The notes below the pieces were generated by a model, which saw only the letters and a program-made list of their open reading frames with translations, searched no databases and had not been told where the DNA came from. 64,000 nt of DNA from an uncultured Pseudomonadales bacterium (GTDB lineage: Bacteria > Patescibacteriota > Microgenomatia > UBA1400 > PJMF01), in assembly GCA_964437755.1 (NCBI GenBank), contig CAYTIA010000004.1, positions 11,687-75,686 on the forward strand. Reading direction: 5' to 3'. The translations under genes and the position numbers were made by a program. Positions 19,579 to 28,655 of this stretch are shown here, in pieces. How positions within the stretch are numbered: the first letter of the stretch is position 1; every line of letters begins with the position of its first letter.

Positions 19579-20790
19579 ATGATCAACAAATCTCAGCAAA
19601 AAAATCTTTCTACAGAACAAGTACTCACAAGAGGAGTAGCAGAAATACTTCCAGACAAAAACTCATTATCAGATTTAATAAATCAACACCCCATCAAGTT
19701 ATATTTGGGCATAGATCCTACTGGAGCCTTACTTCATTTAGGTCACGCTGTAGTGCTACGCAAACTACAACAGTTTGCTGAGCTTGGTCATGAAGTAATC
19801 TTGCTTATTGGCAATGGCACAGTAAAAATTGGTGATCCAACGGGAAGAGATGAAAGTAGACCAGTATTAACAGATGAAGAGATTGAAAAAAATTGGCAAA
19901 ATTGGAAAAAACAAGCCAGCACCATCTTAGATTTTTCAAAAATAAAAGTATTGCATAATGGAGATTGGTTAGATCAATTAAACTACTCGGATATTGTTAA
20001 GTTGCTCGCAAAAACCACTGTTCAACAATTGTTAGAGCGAGATATGTTTCAGGAAAGGCTAAAGCAGGGTAAGCCAATCCATGGTCATGAAATTATTTAT
20101 CCACTTTTACAAGGCTATGACAGTGTAGTCATGGATGTTGATCTTGAGCTCGGAGGCACCGATCAAACATTTAATATGATGATGGGCAGAACTCTACAAA
20201 AAGTTTATAACAATCGAGAAAAATGGGTCTTAACCACACCAATTATTAATGGCACTGACGGTCGAAAAATGAGCAAAAGTTTTAACAACTTTGTCGCTCT
20301 CACTGAAGATCCTATACAAATGTTTGGAAAGCTCATGAGCATTAAAGATGAGTTGATCATTGAGTATTTAATGCTTTTAACTGATTTATCTTTAGATGAG
20401 ATTAAAAAAATTGAGCTTGATCTTCAACAAGGCATAAATCCAATAGAGAGTAAAAAGCTCATGGCTTTTACCATTACAGCTGACTTAAGCTCAGAAGAAA
20501 AGGCCAGGCAAGCTCAAGAACATTTTGAAAAAACAGTTCAAGGAAGCGAAATTCCGGCTGAGATTGAAGCTATACAAATTGATGTTCAACAAATCAGAGT
20601 GCTAGATCTACTAAAAATGTGTAACTCCTCTCTGAGTAATGCTCAGCTAAAAAGATTGTGCGAGCAAGGTGGAGTAAGAATCTTGCCCGATGAAAAGCTA
20701 TTAGAAGATCCTCAAGAAATAATTGATTTAAACCCAAATTTAATCATCAAAATTGGCAAAAGAAGCTTTTATAAAGTTCAAACAAAATAA
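19579..20790 (+). CDS. tyrS: tyrosine--tRNA ligase
   Basis: 403 aa. Class I HLGH motif (LHLGHAVV), KMSKS (RKMSKSF) and a C-terminal S4-like domain. Confidence 0.85.
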   Translation: MINKSQQKNLSTEQVLTRGVAEILPDKNSLSDLINQHPIKLYLGIDPTGALLHLGHAVVLRKLQQFAELGHEVILLIGNGTVKIGDPTGRDESRPVLTDEEIEKNWQNWKKQASTILDFSKIKVLHNGDWLDQLNYSDIVKLLAKTTVQQLLERDMFQERLKQGKPIHGHEIIYPLLQGYDSVVMDVDLELGGTDQTFNMMMGRTLQKVYNNREKWVLTTPIINGTDGRKMSKSFNNFVALTEDPIQMFGKLMSIKDELIIEYLMLLTDLSLDEIKKIELDLQQGINPIESKKLMAFTITADLSSEEKARQAQEHFEKTVQGSEIPAEIEAIQIDVQQIRVLDLLKMCNSSLSNAQLKRLCEQGGVRILPDEKLLEDPQEIIDLNPNLIIKIGKRSFYKVQTK

Positions 20791-20900
20791 TGACTAAAAA
20801 ACAAACCAAGATAATCACCACTACTTTTGCTGTTATTGCCATCGGCAGCATGTTAATTGCAAGCATTATTCAAGCAGTTTATATGTTGGGCGTAATATAA
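20790..20900 (+). CDS. small hydrophobic protein (36 aa)
   Basis: MTKKQTKIITTTFAVIAIGSMLIASIIQAVYMLGVI, a single predicted transmembrane helix. Its ATG overlaps the tyrS TAA (TAATG). It fills the tyrS-recG gap exactly. It is not in the supplied ORF track because the length cutoff is 60 aa. Confidence 0.3.
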   Translation: MTKKQTKIITTTFAVIAIGSMLIASIIQAVYMLGVI

Positions 20901-20915
20901 AACAACGTCAACAAA

Positions 20916-22964
20916 ATGTACTCGCTATCCGACTCACTCCAAAATATCCCGGGAATTGGAGAGGTAACTGCCAAATTATTAGCCGATTCTGAAATAAAAA
21001 CCGTTCTGGATTTTTTGCTGTTCGTTCCACTGAACTATGAAGATCTTTCAAAGATAGTCACAATTGACCAACTAGAAGTTAATCAAACTCAGACAGTTAA
21101 AGCAAAAGTAATAGCAGTTAATGAACGATACAAATACACTGGCAAAAAAAAATTAACCATTACAACAGCAATCATTGAAGATGAAACTGGAAGATGTAAA
21201 TCTGTTTGGTTTAACAACCGCTTTATTAAAAGAAATTTAGTTGCAGGAAAAGAATTTTTCTTTGCAGGAAAGTTCAGCGATTACCATAACTTCTCCCAAC
21301 CAACAGTAGAAGTAGTTAGTGATAACACCACTCATACTGGCCGTTTAGTTCCTAGATACTCACAAACCACTCATCTTAAACAAGGCAATATTAGAAGATG
21401 GTTAAAAACTATCATTGAAAATCTAGAACCAATTACAGACCCTATAGCCAATGATCACAATTTATTGAATTTAACAGACTCGCTCAAACAACTGCATTTT
21501 CCTGAAAAAGAAGAGTTGGTTATTAAGGCGAGAGAAAGATTGGCAATTGAAGAACTTTTAATTTTGATTCAACATTCTAAAACCCTTAAACAAAATTGGG
21601 GAAATAAAATAGCACTGGCTTCGCCAGCTCCTATCTCAAAATTCCTTAGCAATGTAAAAACTGCTATTCCTAAAAACATTCCTTTCGAGTTAACTAATGA
21701 TCAACTCCAAGCCCTAAAAGAAATCCTAAAAGATTTAACTAAATCTCACCCAATGAATCGCTTACTAGTTGGAGATGTTGGCACTGGTAAAACCGTGGTT
21801 GCAGGAATCGCAGCTTATCATATCATTAAAAATAAACACCACAGTGTGCTTATTGCCCCAACACAGATTTTAGCCGAGCAACATCAACAAACCTTCAACA
21901 AACTTTTCCCTGATCTGCCAACTCAATTACTGACAGCCAACACTAAGCTAAAACTAGAGTTAGCCACAATAAAAAAACCCTCTTTATTTATTGGTACTCA
22001 TTCCGTCATCAATCAACTCAAAACTATTAAACCTGCTCTTGTCATTTATGACGAACAGCATCGATTTGGGGTAGAGCAAAGAGCTACTGCCATATTACCA
22101 AAATCAGAAAAACAGCCTCATCTACTAACCATGTCAGCCACCCCAATTCCAAGAAGTTATATGCTAACCATCTTTTCACATCTTGATTTATCACTTATTA
22201 CTCAATCACCATTTGGCTCTAAACAGGTTAAATCATGGTTCGTACCAAAAAATAAAAAAGATGATGCCTATGATTGGTTACAAAAACAGATTTCTGATTC
22301 AAATTCTCCTAAAAAATTAGCAATGATTGTTTGCCCATTTATTGAACCTTCTAAGCAAGAAGGTTTTGAGGATATTCCCGCAGCCAAGCAACTCTTTTCT
22401 GATTTTAAAGATAAATGGGGCAATAAATATAAAATCACTCTATTACACGGACAACAAAAACCCATTAAACAAGAACAAATTATTAAGCAGTTATTTGCCA
22501 ACAAAATTGATATCTTGATTTCAACAAGCATAGTTGAGGTTGGAGTTGATTTACCTCAAGCAAACATCATGATCATTGAAGGAGCCGATCGCTTTGGCTT
22601 AGCCAGTCTTCATCAATTGCGAGGAAGAGTAGGCAGACAAGGGCAAGAAGCTTACTGCTTACTTTTTAGCTCGAGTAGCTCCTCCGCATCCTCAAAAAGA
22701 TTAAGTATGTTCTCAAAAGAAAATGACGGACTCAAACTTGCAGAACTTGATTTAAAAAATAGAGGACCAGGCAATCTGTTTGGTTATGATCAACATGGTT
22801 TTTCAGAACTTAGGTTTGCTTCATGGAATAACGCACAACTTATTAAAACAGCTCAAAAAATATTTAAATCGATTGAAAAAAATAAAAACTGGACTCCAGT
22901 TGACTTAAAACAGACCCAAAAAAAATATTCTGAAATTGTTGAAACTCGTGTAGCCACCAATTAA
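20916..22964 (+). CDS. recG: ATP-dependent DNA helicase RecG
   Basis: 682 aa. Wedge/OB region followed by DEAD-like helicase motifs (GDVGTGKT, DEQHRFG, TATPIPR, QLRGRVGR). Confidence 0.85.
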   Translation: MYSLSDSLQNIPGIGEVTAKLLADSEIKTVLDFLLFVPLNYEDLSKIVTIDQLEVNQTQTVKAKVIAVNERYKYTGKKKLTITTAIIEDETGRCKSVWFNNRFIKRNLVAGKEFFFAGKFSDYHNFSQPTVEVVSDNTTHTGRLVPRYSQTTHLKQGNIRRWLKTIIENLEPITDPIANDHNLLNLTDSLKQLHFPEKEELVIKARERLAIEELLILIQHSKTLKQNWGNKIALASPAPISKFLSNVKTAIPKNIPFELTNDQLQALKEILKDLTKSHPMNRLLVGDVGTGKTVVAGIAAYHIIKNKHHSVLIAPTQILAEQHQQTFNKLFPDLPTQLLTANTKLKLELATIKKPSLFIGTHSVINQLKTIKPALVIYDEQHRFGVEQRATAILPKSEKQPHLLTMSATPIPRSYMLTIFSHLDLSLITQSPFGSKQVKSWFVPKNKKDDAYDWLQKQISDSNSPKKLAMIVCPFIEPSKQEGFEDIPAAKQLFSDFKDKWGNKYKITLLHGQQKPIKQEQIIKQLFANKIDILISTSIVEVGVDLPQANIMIIEGADRFGLASLHQLRGRVGRQGQEAYCLLFSSSSSSASSKRLSMFSKENDGLKLAELDLKNRGPGNLFGYDQHGFSELRFASWNNAQLIKTAQKIFKSIEKNKNWTPVDLKQTQKKYSEIVETRVATN

Positions 22965-23016
22965 CATTTTTTCACCTCTTCACACTTGACTTATTTTTTA
23001 CTATTATGGATGTAAG

Positions 23017-23814
23017 ATGAAATCATCAGCCAATAATCCTCAGTCAGGTCAGGTGGGAGTAGTTATACTTTTAATGATGGCAGTTGTCTTTACTGTAGCC
23101 ATCAGTTTAAGTCAGCGTACCCTTCAGCAACAAGATTCTGCAACTACTCAAGATGAATCAATTCGTGTTTTTAATGCAGCTGAAAGTGGAGTAGAGAGTG
23201 CTTTATTTGACATCTCTGAGCATGAGCAGCTTGGCTCACAGCTAGGCACCGGAGGAGATTTTGAGTTTGGGGATTCAAATGTATCTTATTCAATCAGTGA
23301 TTCTCCTCAATTTGAGATGTTTGTTTTAACTGGCAACACCGTTGAAATTCCACTCAACAATCCAACCGAAGGAGATGTTGTAGAAATTAGCTGGAAGCAC
23401 TCTGAATCAGTGCTTAACTGTAGCACTCAAAATCCTCCTGCATTAATTGTGAGCGTACTTAATCTTAATAATGCTAAACACTATGCATACGATCCTTGTC
23501 CAATTGCCAGAGGAACAAACTTCTACGAAGTAGATAATTTCTGTGGTCCATGTGAATATCAGTTTGAGATTGACGTTCCTGTTAGCGACGACGATCGTTT
23601 ATTAAGAATCAAACCAATTTATGACAGCACGAACATTCTTGTCACCAGCTCAAATGCAAATATTATTTCATTAGCACAATACGACGTTGCCTCCACAGCT
23701 TTTAACACGGGAGATGATATTGCTCGAACTATTGAGGTAAAACGCTCCATTCCTGGATCGTATAGCTTTATGGACCATACCCTAGTTAGTGGCAGTAGTC
23801 TAACAAAAAACTAA
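23017..23814 (+). CDS. PilX-N-domain type IV pilus assembly/minor pilin-like protein
   Basis: 265 aa. N-terminal hydrophobic segment plus a PilX_N-like pattern (GVVILLMMAVVFTVAISLSQRTL...AAESGVESAL). Immediately upstream of pilMNO. Confidence 0.5.
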   Translation: MKSSANNPQSGQVGVVILLMMAVVFTVAISLSQRTLQQQDSATTQDESIRVFNAAESGVESALFDISEHEQLGSQLGTGGDFEFGDSNVSYSISDSPQFEMFVLTGNTVEIPLNNPTEGDVVEISWKHSESVLNCSTQNPPALIVSVLNLNNAKHYAYDPCPIARGTNFYEVDNFCGPCEYQFEIDVPVSDDDRLLRIKPIYDSTNILVTSSNANIISLAQYDVASTAFNTGDDIARTIEVKRSIPGSYSFMDHTLVSGSSLTKN

Positions 23815-23855
23815 TTCAAAAAAAACATTAATAACATCAATCATCAATCTAAAAT

Positions 23856-24869
23856 ATGCCTGCCACAGCCATTGATATCGGTAGCTACTCACTTAAAGCT
23901 ATTGTAGCAAAACCCGGACAAAAACCAGTAGTTTCAAGGATTGCCCAACAAATTAATACTTGTGGATTTCCTTACCCGAAAGATGAAGCTCAGGCTGAAA
24001 AGATTCTCAAAGAGGTTGACCAGCTGTTTCATGATCACAAACTGCCAAGCACCGATGTATATTTAGGTCTTCCAGAGGAAGTTGTCGCAACCAAAATGAT
24101 TTATCTGCCTCCGCTTTCTGATGCCGAGCTAGCTTCAGCTATCGATTGGCAAGCTGAGCAACATATTCCAATTCCCTTAAATCAACTCTCACTTGAATAC
24201 CAGGTAATTTACCGACCTCCAAAAAACGCTAAAGATCAACCTATGAGAGTTTTGCTCGTGGGAACTCGTAAGGCAATAGTTGAACTATACGTTGATATTT
24301 TTTATTCTCTTGGCATTCAGCCAAAGATCATGGAAACACAACTTTTTTCTATCATAAGAGCCATGAATTTTGAAGCTAACGACCCCACCACCTTAATAGT
24401 TCACATTGGTGCCGAGAATACACAAATCGCTGTTATTCACCAAACCGAAGTTTTATTGGCTACCAACAGAAAAGGTGGGGGAGCAATCTTAACTAAAGCT
24501 ATTCAGCAATCAGTCTCAAACTGTACCCCTGAACAAGCCGAGGAGTACAAACGAAGTTGTGGCTTGTTACAAGAACAACTTCAAGGAAAAATTGCCCAAA
24601 TTCTTTTTCCAACAATCGATCCTTTAGTTCAAGAAATTGTCAAAACCATGAAGTTCTTCAACAATGAACAACCTCAGACTCCAATCGCTAGAATTGTTTT
24701 AACAGGGGGCACCTCTCAACTTCCAGGCTTGGTTAGTTATTTTGCTCAAGCTACTGGAATAGAGGTTTTGTTAGCCGCTCCATTTGAAGGAGCTGATGGT
24801 GAAAAACCTGAGAATGGCCAACAAGAGTTTATCACTTGTATAGGAGCACTTATGAGGAAAAAGGAGTAA
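23856..24869 (+). CDS. pilM: type IV pilus assembly protein PilM (actin-like ATPase fold)
   Basis: 337 aa. IDIGSYSLKAIV N-terminus and an actin/FtsA-like fold. First gene of the pilM-pilN-pilO order. Confidence 0.75.
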   Translation: MPATAIDIGSYSLKAIVAKPGQKPVVSRIAQQINTCGFPYPKDEAQAEKILKEVDQLFHDHKLPSTDVYLGLPEEVVATKMIYLPPLSDAELASAIDWQAEQHIPIPLNQLSLEYQVIYRPPKNAKDQPMRVLLVGTRKAIVELYVDIFYSLGIQPKIMETQLFSIIRAMNFEANDPTTLIVHIGAENTQIAVIHQTEVLLATNRKGGGAILTKAIQQSVSNCTPEQAEEYKRSCGLLQEQLQGKIAQILFPTIDPLVQEIVKTMKFFNNEQPQTPIARIVLTGGTSQLPGLVSYFAQATGIEVLLAAPFEGADGEKPENGQQEFITCIGALMRKKE

Positions 24870-24882
24870 TAATCACCAATAA

Positions 24883-25458
24883 ATGATTGAGATAAACTTT
24901 CTTTCTCAGCAAAATACAAAGCTCACCGCTCAACAAAAAAAAGATCGGTTGTTTTTTAGATACTCACTAATCATTTGTATTATCTGTTTAATTATTTTGG
25001 TTATCACTTCTGGAATAAATTTTTATCTAGGCTATCGTTTAAAAAAAGTTCAGGCTCAAGTAACATCAGCAAAACAACAGATTGACTCTGATAGATCTCT
25101 TGAAGCAAACTATCTCTTTTTTGTAAACAAATTAACTATCATTCGAGAACTTTTTGACCAAAGAGCAGAAAAGCAAATTGCCATTGGCTTCTTCACCGAT
25201 CTTTTCGGTCCTGATATTACTATCAGCGGAATAAACTACAACATGGAAGAAGGCATTCTTTCTCTTAAAGTTACCAGTCCTCAGGTATTCGTTTTAGAAC
25301 ACGCCTTCGAAGTCTTAGAAAACCAAGAAGTAAAAGATCTATTTGCATCTTTAACAAAAACAGACTTAACTCGTCGATCAACAGGCGAGTATGAATTTTT
25401 ATTGACAGTATCTTTTTCTGATGATTCGGAGCTAATTAATGTTGAGGAGGAGTATTAA
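24883..25458 (+). CDS. pilN: type IV pilus assembly protein PilN
   Basis: 191 aa bitopic protein with one transmembrane helix and a coiled-coil. Position is conserved after pilM. Confidence 0.6.
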   Translation: MIEINFLSQQNTKLTAQQKKDRLFFRYSLIICIICLIILVITSGINFYLGYRLKKVQAQVTSAKQQIDSDRSLEANYLFFVNKLTIIRELFDQRAEKQIAIGFFTDLFGPDITISGINYNMEEGILSLKVTSPQVFVLEHAFEVLENQEVKDLFASLTKTDLTRRSTGEYEFLLTVSFSDDSELINVEEEY

Positions 25459-26270
25459 TGGCCATTGCTCAAACTAAACAAGATTTAAATATAAAACTAT
25501 TGCTCAACTCACGCAAAAACTTATTGCTTTCAATTGTGATTGCTTGGGTCTGTGTAGCCATGGTTTTTTTTGCTATTAAGCCTCAAATCGAAACAATATT
25601 TGTCGCTAATAAAAAGCTTGATCTAGAAAAAAAACAGTTCCAGAAAGTTACTTTAAAAATTAATGAGCTAAAACAGATTGAAATCTCTGATCAATTTAAA
25701 CAAAAAGAAAAAGTTGATGAAGTTTTACCTTCACACAAACCAATTCTTGAGTTACTTTACAATCTTCACCAAACAGTTCAAAGTTCACAAGTGGCAGTTA
25801 TCTCACTGCTGATTAATCCTGGATCAATCGCCAGTGGATCTGGCGAGCTTGATCTTGTGGCCAATCAGAGAAATCAGGAGGCAACCACTACCAAAAAAAG
25901 AAGATATGACAAACTAGAAATGGAGCTAGTGGTAAAAGGCGAATCAGATCAAGTTGATCAATTCTTAGAAACAATTGAAAGAATTGCTCCTTTTACATCT
26001 GTTGTAGAATTGAATATTAAGGAGTCAAAAAAGAATGTATCTGGAGAACAGGTAGCTCTATCTGAAGCCGAGATTTTACTTAATACCTATTTTTACACTC
26101 AAGTAATTTCAACTAGCATTGAGGCAACTTTACCAACAGTAGGAGAAAAAGAGTTAAGAGCCTTTAACACTATTCAACAATTTATTCCTTCGGGATATCA
26201 ACTGCCCACAGACATTACTAACGCCGATATTGAGGATTTGTTTGAAGTCACAGGGTTTAAGTTTAATTAA
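25458..26270 (+). CDS. pilO: type IV pilus assembly protein PilO
   Basis: 270 aa bitopic protein with one transmembrane helix and a coiled-coil. Start overlaps the pilN stop (TAATG). Confidence 0.55.
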   Translation: MAIAQTKQDLNIKLLLNSRKNLLLSIVIAWVCVAMVFFAIKPQIETIFVANKKLDLEKKQFQKVTLKINELKQIEISDQFKQKEKVDEVLPSHKPILELLYNLHQTVQSSQVAVISLLINPGSIASGSGELDLVANQRNQEATTTKKRRYDKLEMELVVKGESDQVDQFLETIERIAPFTSVVELNIKESKKNVSGEQVALSEAEILLNTYFYTQVISTSIEATLPTVGEKELRAFNTIQQFIPSGYQLPTDITNADIEDLFEVTGFKFN

Positions 26271-26292
26271 ACTCTCCAAAAAACCAATAAGC

Positions 26293-26532
26293 TTACTCTT
26301 CGTCTTTTACTACTTCAATCTCAAAACGTTCTTTAAGATCTTGAGCAAGAATTGAGGCTACTTGTTGTACAGCTTTAATAGTTCTTCCTCTTGAGCCAAT
26401 AATTCTACCAATATCATTAGCATGAGCCCTGATTCGATAAATATTTTTATATTCACCCTCAATCATCTCAACAGATAAATCTGCGGGATTTTTTACCAAG
26501 TGAGTGAGAATAAACTCAATGAAATGTTGCAT
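26293..26532 (-). CDS. KH-domain RNA-binding protein (YlqC-like)
   Basis: 79 aa. KH motif IGRIIGSRGRTIKAV. Sits in the conserved position immediately after rpsP. Confidence 0.7.
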   Translation of the reverse strand: MQHFIEFILTHLVKNPADLSVEMIEGEYKNIYRIRAHANDIGRIIGSRGRTIKAVQQVASILAQDLKERFEIEVVKDEE

Positions 26533-26572
26533 TTAAATAAAAAATAGCTTGTACTTATTATATAGATTTCAA

Positions 26573-27007
26573 TTATTCTTTTTTCTCTTCAGTCTTTGTT
26601 TCCTCAGCCTTGACTTCTTCAGCCTCTTTGGTTGGAGCCTGACTCTCTGTTTCTGCTACAGGTGCTTCTTCCTTAACTTCTTCAACTTTTTCTTCTTTAG
26701 CTTGTTTTGCTTCTTCTTTTTTTGCTAGCTGTTTTTTTGAAAGCTTTTTCTTTTTTTCTGGAAAACCTTTTCCAGCTTTAGCAACTTCGTAAAGATAGGC
26801 AACTGTTTCAGTAGGTTGAGCTCCCTTAGTAATCCAAGAGTCATACTTTTTAATATCTAGTTCTAAAACTTTTGGAGTTTGCATTGGAGCGTAGTATCCA
26901 ATCATCTCAACATATGAGCCATCGCGTTTATCACGAGCCTCATTAATCACTATTCTATAGTGAGGTTGATTTTTCTTTCCTAATCGAGTGAGTTTAATCT
27001 TGAGCAT
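26573..27007 (-). CDS. rpsP: 30S ribosomal protein S16 with a Lys/Glu-rich C-terminal extension
   Basis: N-terminus MLKIKLTRLGKKNQPHYRIVINEARDKRDGSYVE is canonical S16. The last 60 aa or so are KE-rich low complexity. Confidence 0.85.
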   Translation of the reverse strand: MLKIKLTRLGKKNQPHYRIVINEARDKRDGSYVEMIGYYAPMQTPKVLELDIKKYDSWITKGAQPTETVAYLYEVAKAGKGFPEKKKKLSKKQLAKKEEAKQAKEEKVEEVKEEAPVAETESQAPTKEAEEVKAEETKTEEKKE

Positions 27008-27059
27008 AGAAATTCTTTTTTTCTTTTGTTAATTATAAATAATAACTGAATCAGCAATT

Positions 27060-27743
27060 TTATACCAAACTCTCACTTTTCTCAAACTTAGTTAGTGCCT
27101 GAGTTGCAGCTTGTTGCTGAGCAACCTGTTTGCTGTTGCCAGTTCCCAAACCCGCAACCTCTCCTTTAACCTTCACCGACACAGTAAATACTTTTGCATG
27201 ATCTGGACCCTGCTCATCTATCAACTCATACACTGGTGCCTCTATACCTTGTGCTTGCAATAATTCTTGAAGGGCGCTTTTTGAGTCCTTGTACAATTTT
27301 TTTTCTTTGATAACCTCAAACTTTGGGGTCAAGACTTTTTCTATAAATGAGATAACAACATCTATACCCTGATCTAAATATAAAGCTCCCACCACTGCCT
27401 CAAAGGTATCAGCCAGCAAGCTTATATTTTCTCTTCCGCCACCAGCTTCTTCACCTTTACTCAAAAACAATTTTTCTCCTAATCCAAGTTCTGTAGCTAC
27501 TTGGGCTAAAGTTTCAGTTCTAACCAAAGCACTACGATAGGCTGTTAGTGTTCCTTCGGGTTGGTCAGGGAATTTTTCAAACAAAAAGTTTGTGATTACT
27601 AACTCCAACACTGCATCTCCTAAAAACTCTAAACGCTCGTTTGAAATCGTTGAAGATGTGCCAGAGATACTAGGTTCATTCAAGGCGCTACGATGGGTGA
27701 GAGCAGTAGTAAATAAACTTAAATTTTTGAATTTTGGAAGCAT
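27060..27743 (-). CDS. rnc: ribonuclease III
   Basis: 227 aa. RNase III signature ERLEFLGDAVL and a C-terminal dsRBD. Confidence 0.9.
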   Translation of the reverse strand: MLPKFKNLSLFTTALTHRSALNEPSISGTSSTISNERLEFLGDAVLELVITNFLFEKFPDQPEGTLTAYRSALVRTETLAQVATELGLGEKLFLSKGEEAGGGRENISLLADTFEAVVGALYLDQGIDVVISFIEKVLTPKFEVIKEKKLYKDSKSALQELLQAQGIEAPVYELIDEQGPDHAKVFTVSVKVKGEVAGLGTGNSKQVAQQQAATQALTKFEKSESLV

Positions 27744-27748
27744 ATTTC

Positions 27749-28180
27749 TTATTTCTTCTTTTCTACCAGTAATTTCCCCAAAACTCCATTAACAAATCTT
27801 GAGGAGCTTTCAGATCCAAGCTCTTTAGCTAATTCTACCGCCTCATCAATTAAAACCTTTATCGGAGTATTTTTGGTTACTGATTCCCAATAAATCACTC
27901 GCAAAATTGCCAAATCAACTCGATTAATTTCTGAAAGAGGGCGCTCAGGAGCGTGTTGCTTTATCTTTGTATCAATCTCTTCTAGATTATCCAATATAGT
28001 TAAAACTTCAGGGTGAAGCTCTTGATCAAACGGCAACCGATTAGTTAAATTTGACACTGCCTTTTCAACCTTGCCATCCAGCTCACTAAAAGTAGCTGCA
28101 AATAGATCTTGGACCAATCTTTGACGCCGAAAATGACGTTGATCCGAAGCCACAACTGATGACGAAGACTGAGTTGTCAT
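27749..28180 (-). CDS. nusB: transcription antitermination factor NusB
   Basis: 143 aa. NusB-family helical-domain pattern (R..AR..A.Q.L...). A 5-nt gap separates it from rnc. Confidence 0.7.
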   Translation of the reverse strand: MTTQSSSSVVASDQRHFRRQRLVQDLFAATFSELDGKVEKAVSNLTNRLPFDQELHPEVLTILDNLEEIDTKIKQHAPERPLSEINRVDLAILRVIYWESVTKNTPIKVLIDEAVELAKELGSESSSRFVNGVLGKLLVEKKK

Positions 28181-28188
28181 ATAAATGC

Positions 28189-28374
28189 TTATCGATTGAT
28201 AAGCTTCTTGAAATCAAGACCCATTTGACTAAACATAGAAGCCACCATGCCTCGTTTATGCTTAGGAGCAACTGAGGTATTTGGATCTTTTTTTAACTTC
28301 ATCTTCTTTAACTGTCCTGCTCGCCTTTGACCTCTTTGAATACTACCTATACGAAACTTTGGTACTGCTCCCAT
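28189..28374 (-). CDS. rpmF: probable 50S ribosomal protein L32
   Basis: 61 aa. N-terminus MGAVPKFRIGSIQRGQRRAGQL resembles L32 (MAVPKRRTSKSR..RRA). It has no zinc-ribbon cysteines. Confidence 0.45.
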   Translation of the reverse strand: MGAVPKFRIGSIQRGQRRAGQLKKMKLKKDPNTSVAPKHKRGMVASMFSQMGLDFKKLINR

Positions 28375-28558
28375 AATAGACCGCCCTTCATTAAGTAAAT
28401 AAATAATTATTTATAAAAACGATAAGTAGCGTATTATACAGGGATTTGGCATAAAAATCATCTTCAAGTTATCTCTTGTCTAAATAGAGGGTGAATGATA
28501 TATTTTAGTCGTAACTAGATATAAAATGTATTGATCTGATTTACTTATTTAGTACATA

Positions 28559-28588
28559 TTGAGAATTTATAGATAAACGGCTTATAAT
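28559..28588 (+). promoter_or_regulatory. candidate promoter (TTGAGA-18-TATAAT) for the 739-aa surface-protein gene
   Basis: Hexamers at 28559..28564 and 28583..28588. The ATG at 28656 is about 67 nt downstream. Confidence 0.25.
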
Positions 28589-28655
28589 ATTTTATTATTA
28601 CAAATATAAGTATATCTTAAATTAACAAAAACACTCAATTAATTAGTCAATCCAT

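Noticed and set aside
23017-23814. Calling the PilX-like protein a bona fide prepilin.
   Set aside because: It has the PilX_N hydrophobic or AAEAG-like pattern but lacks a clear G|F(T/S)LIE cleavage site. I have annotated it only as PilX-N-domain-like.
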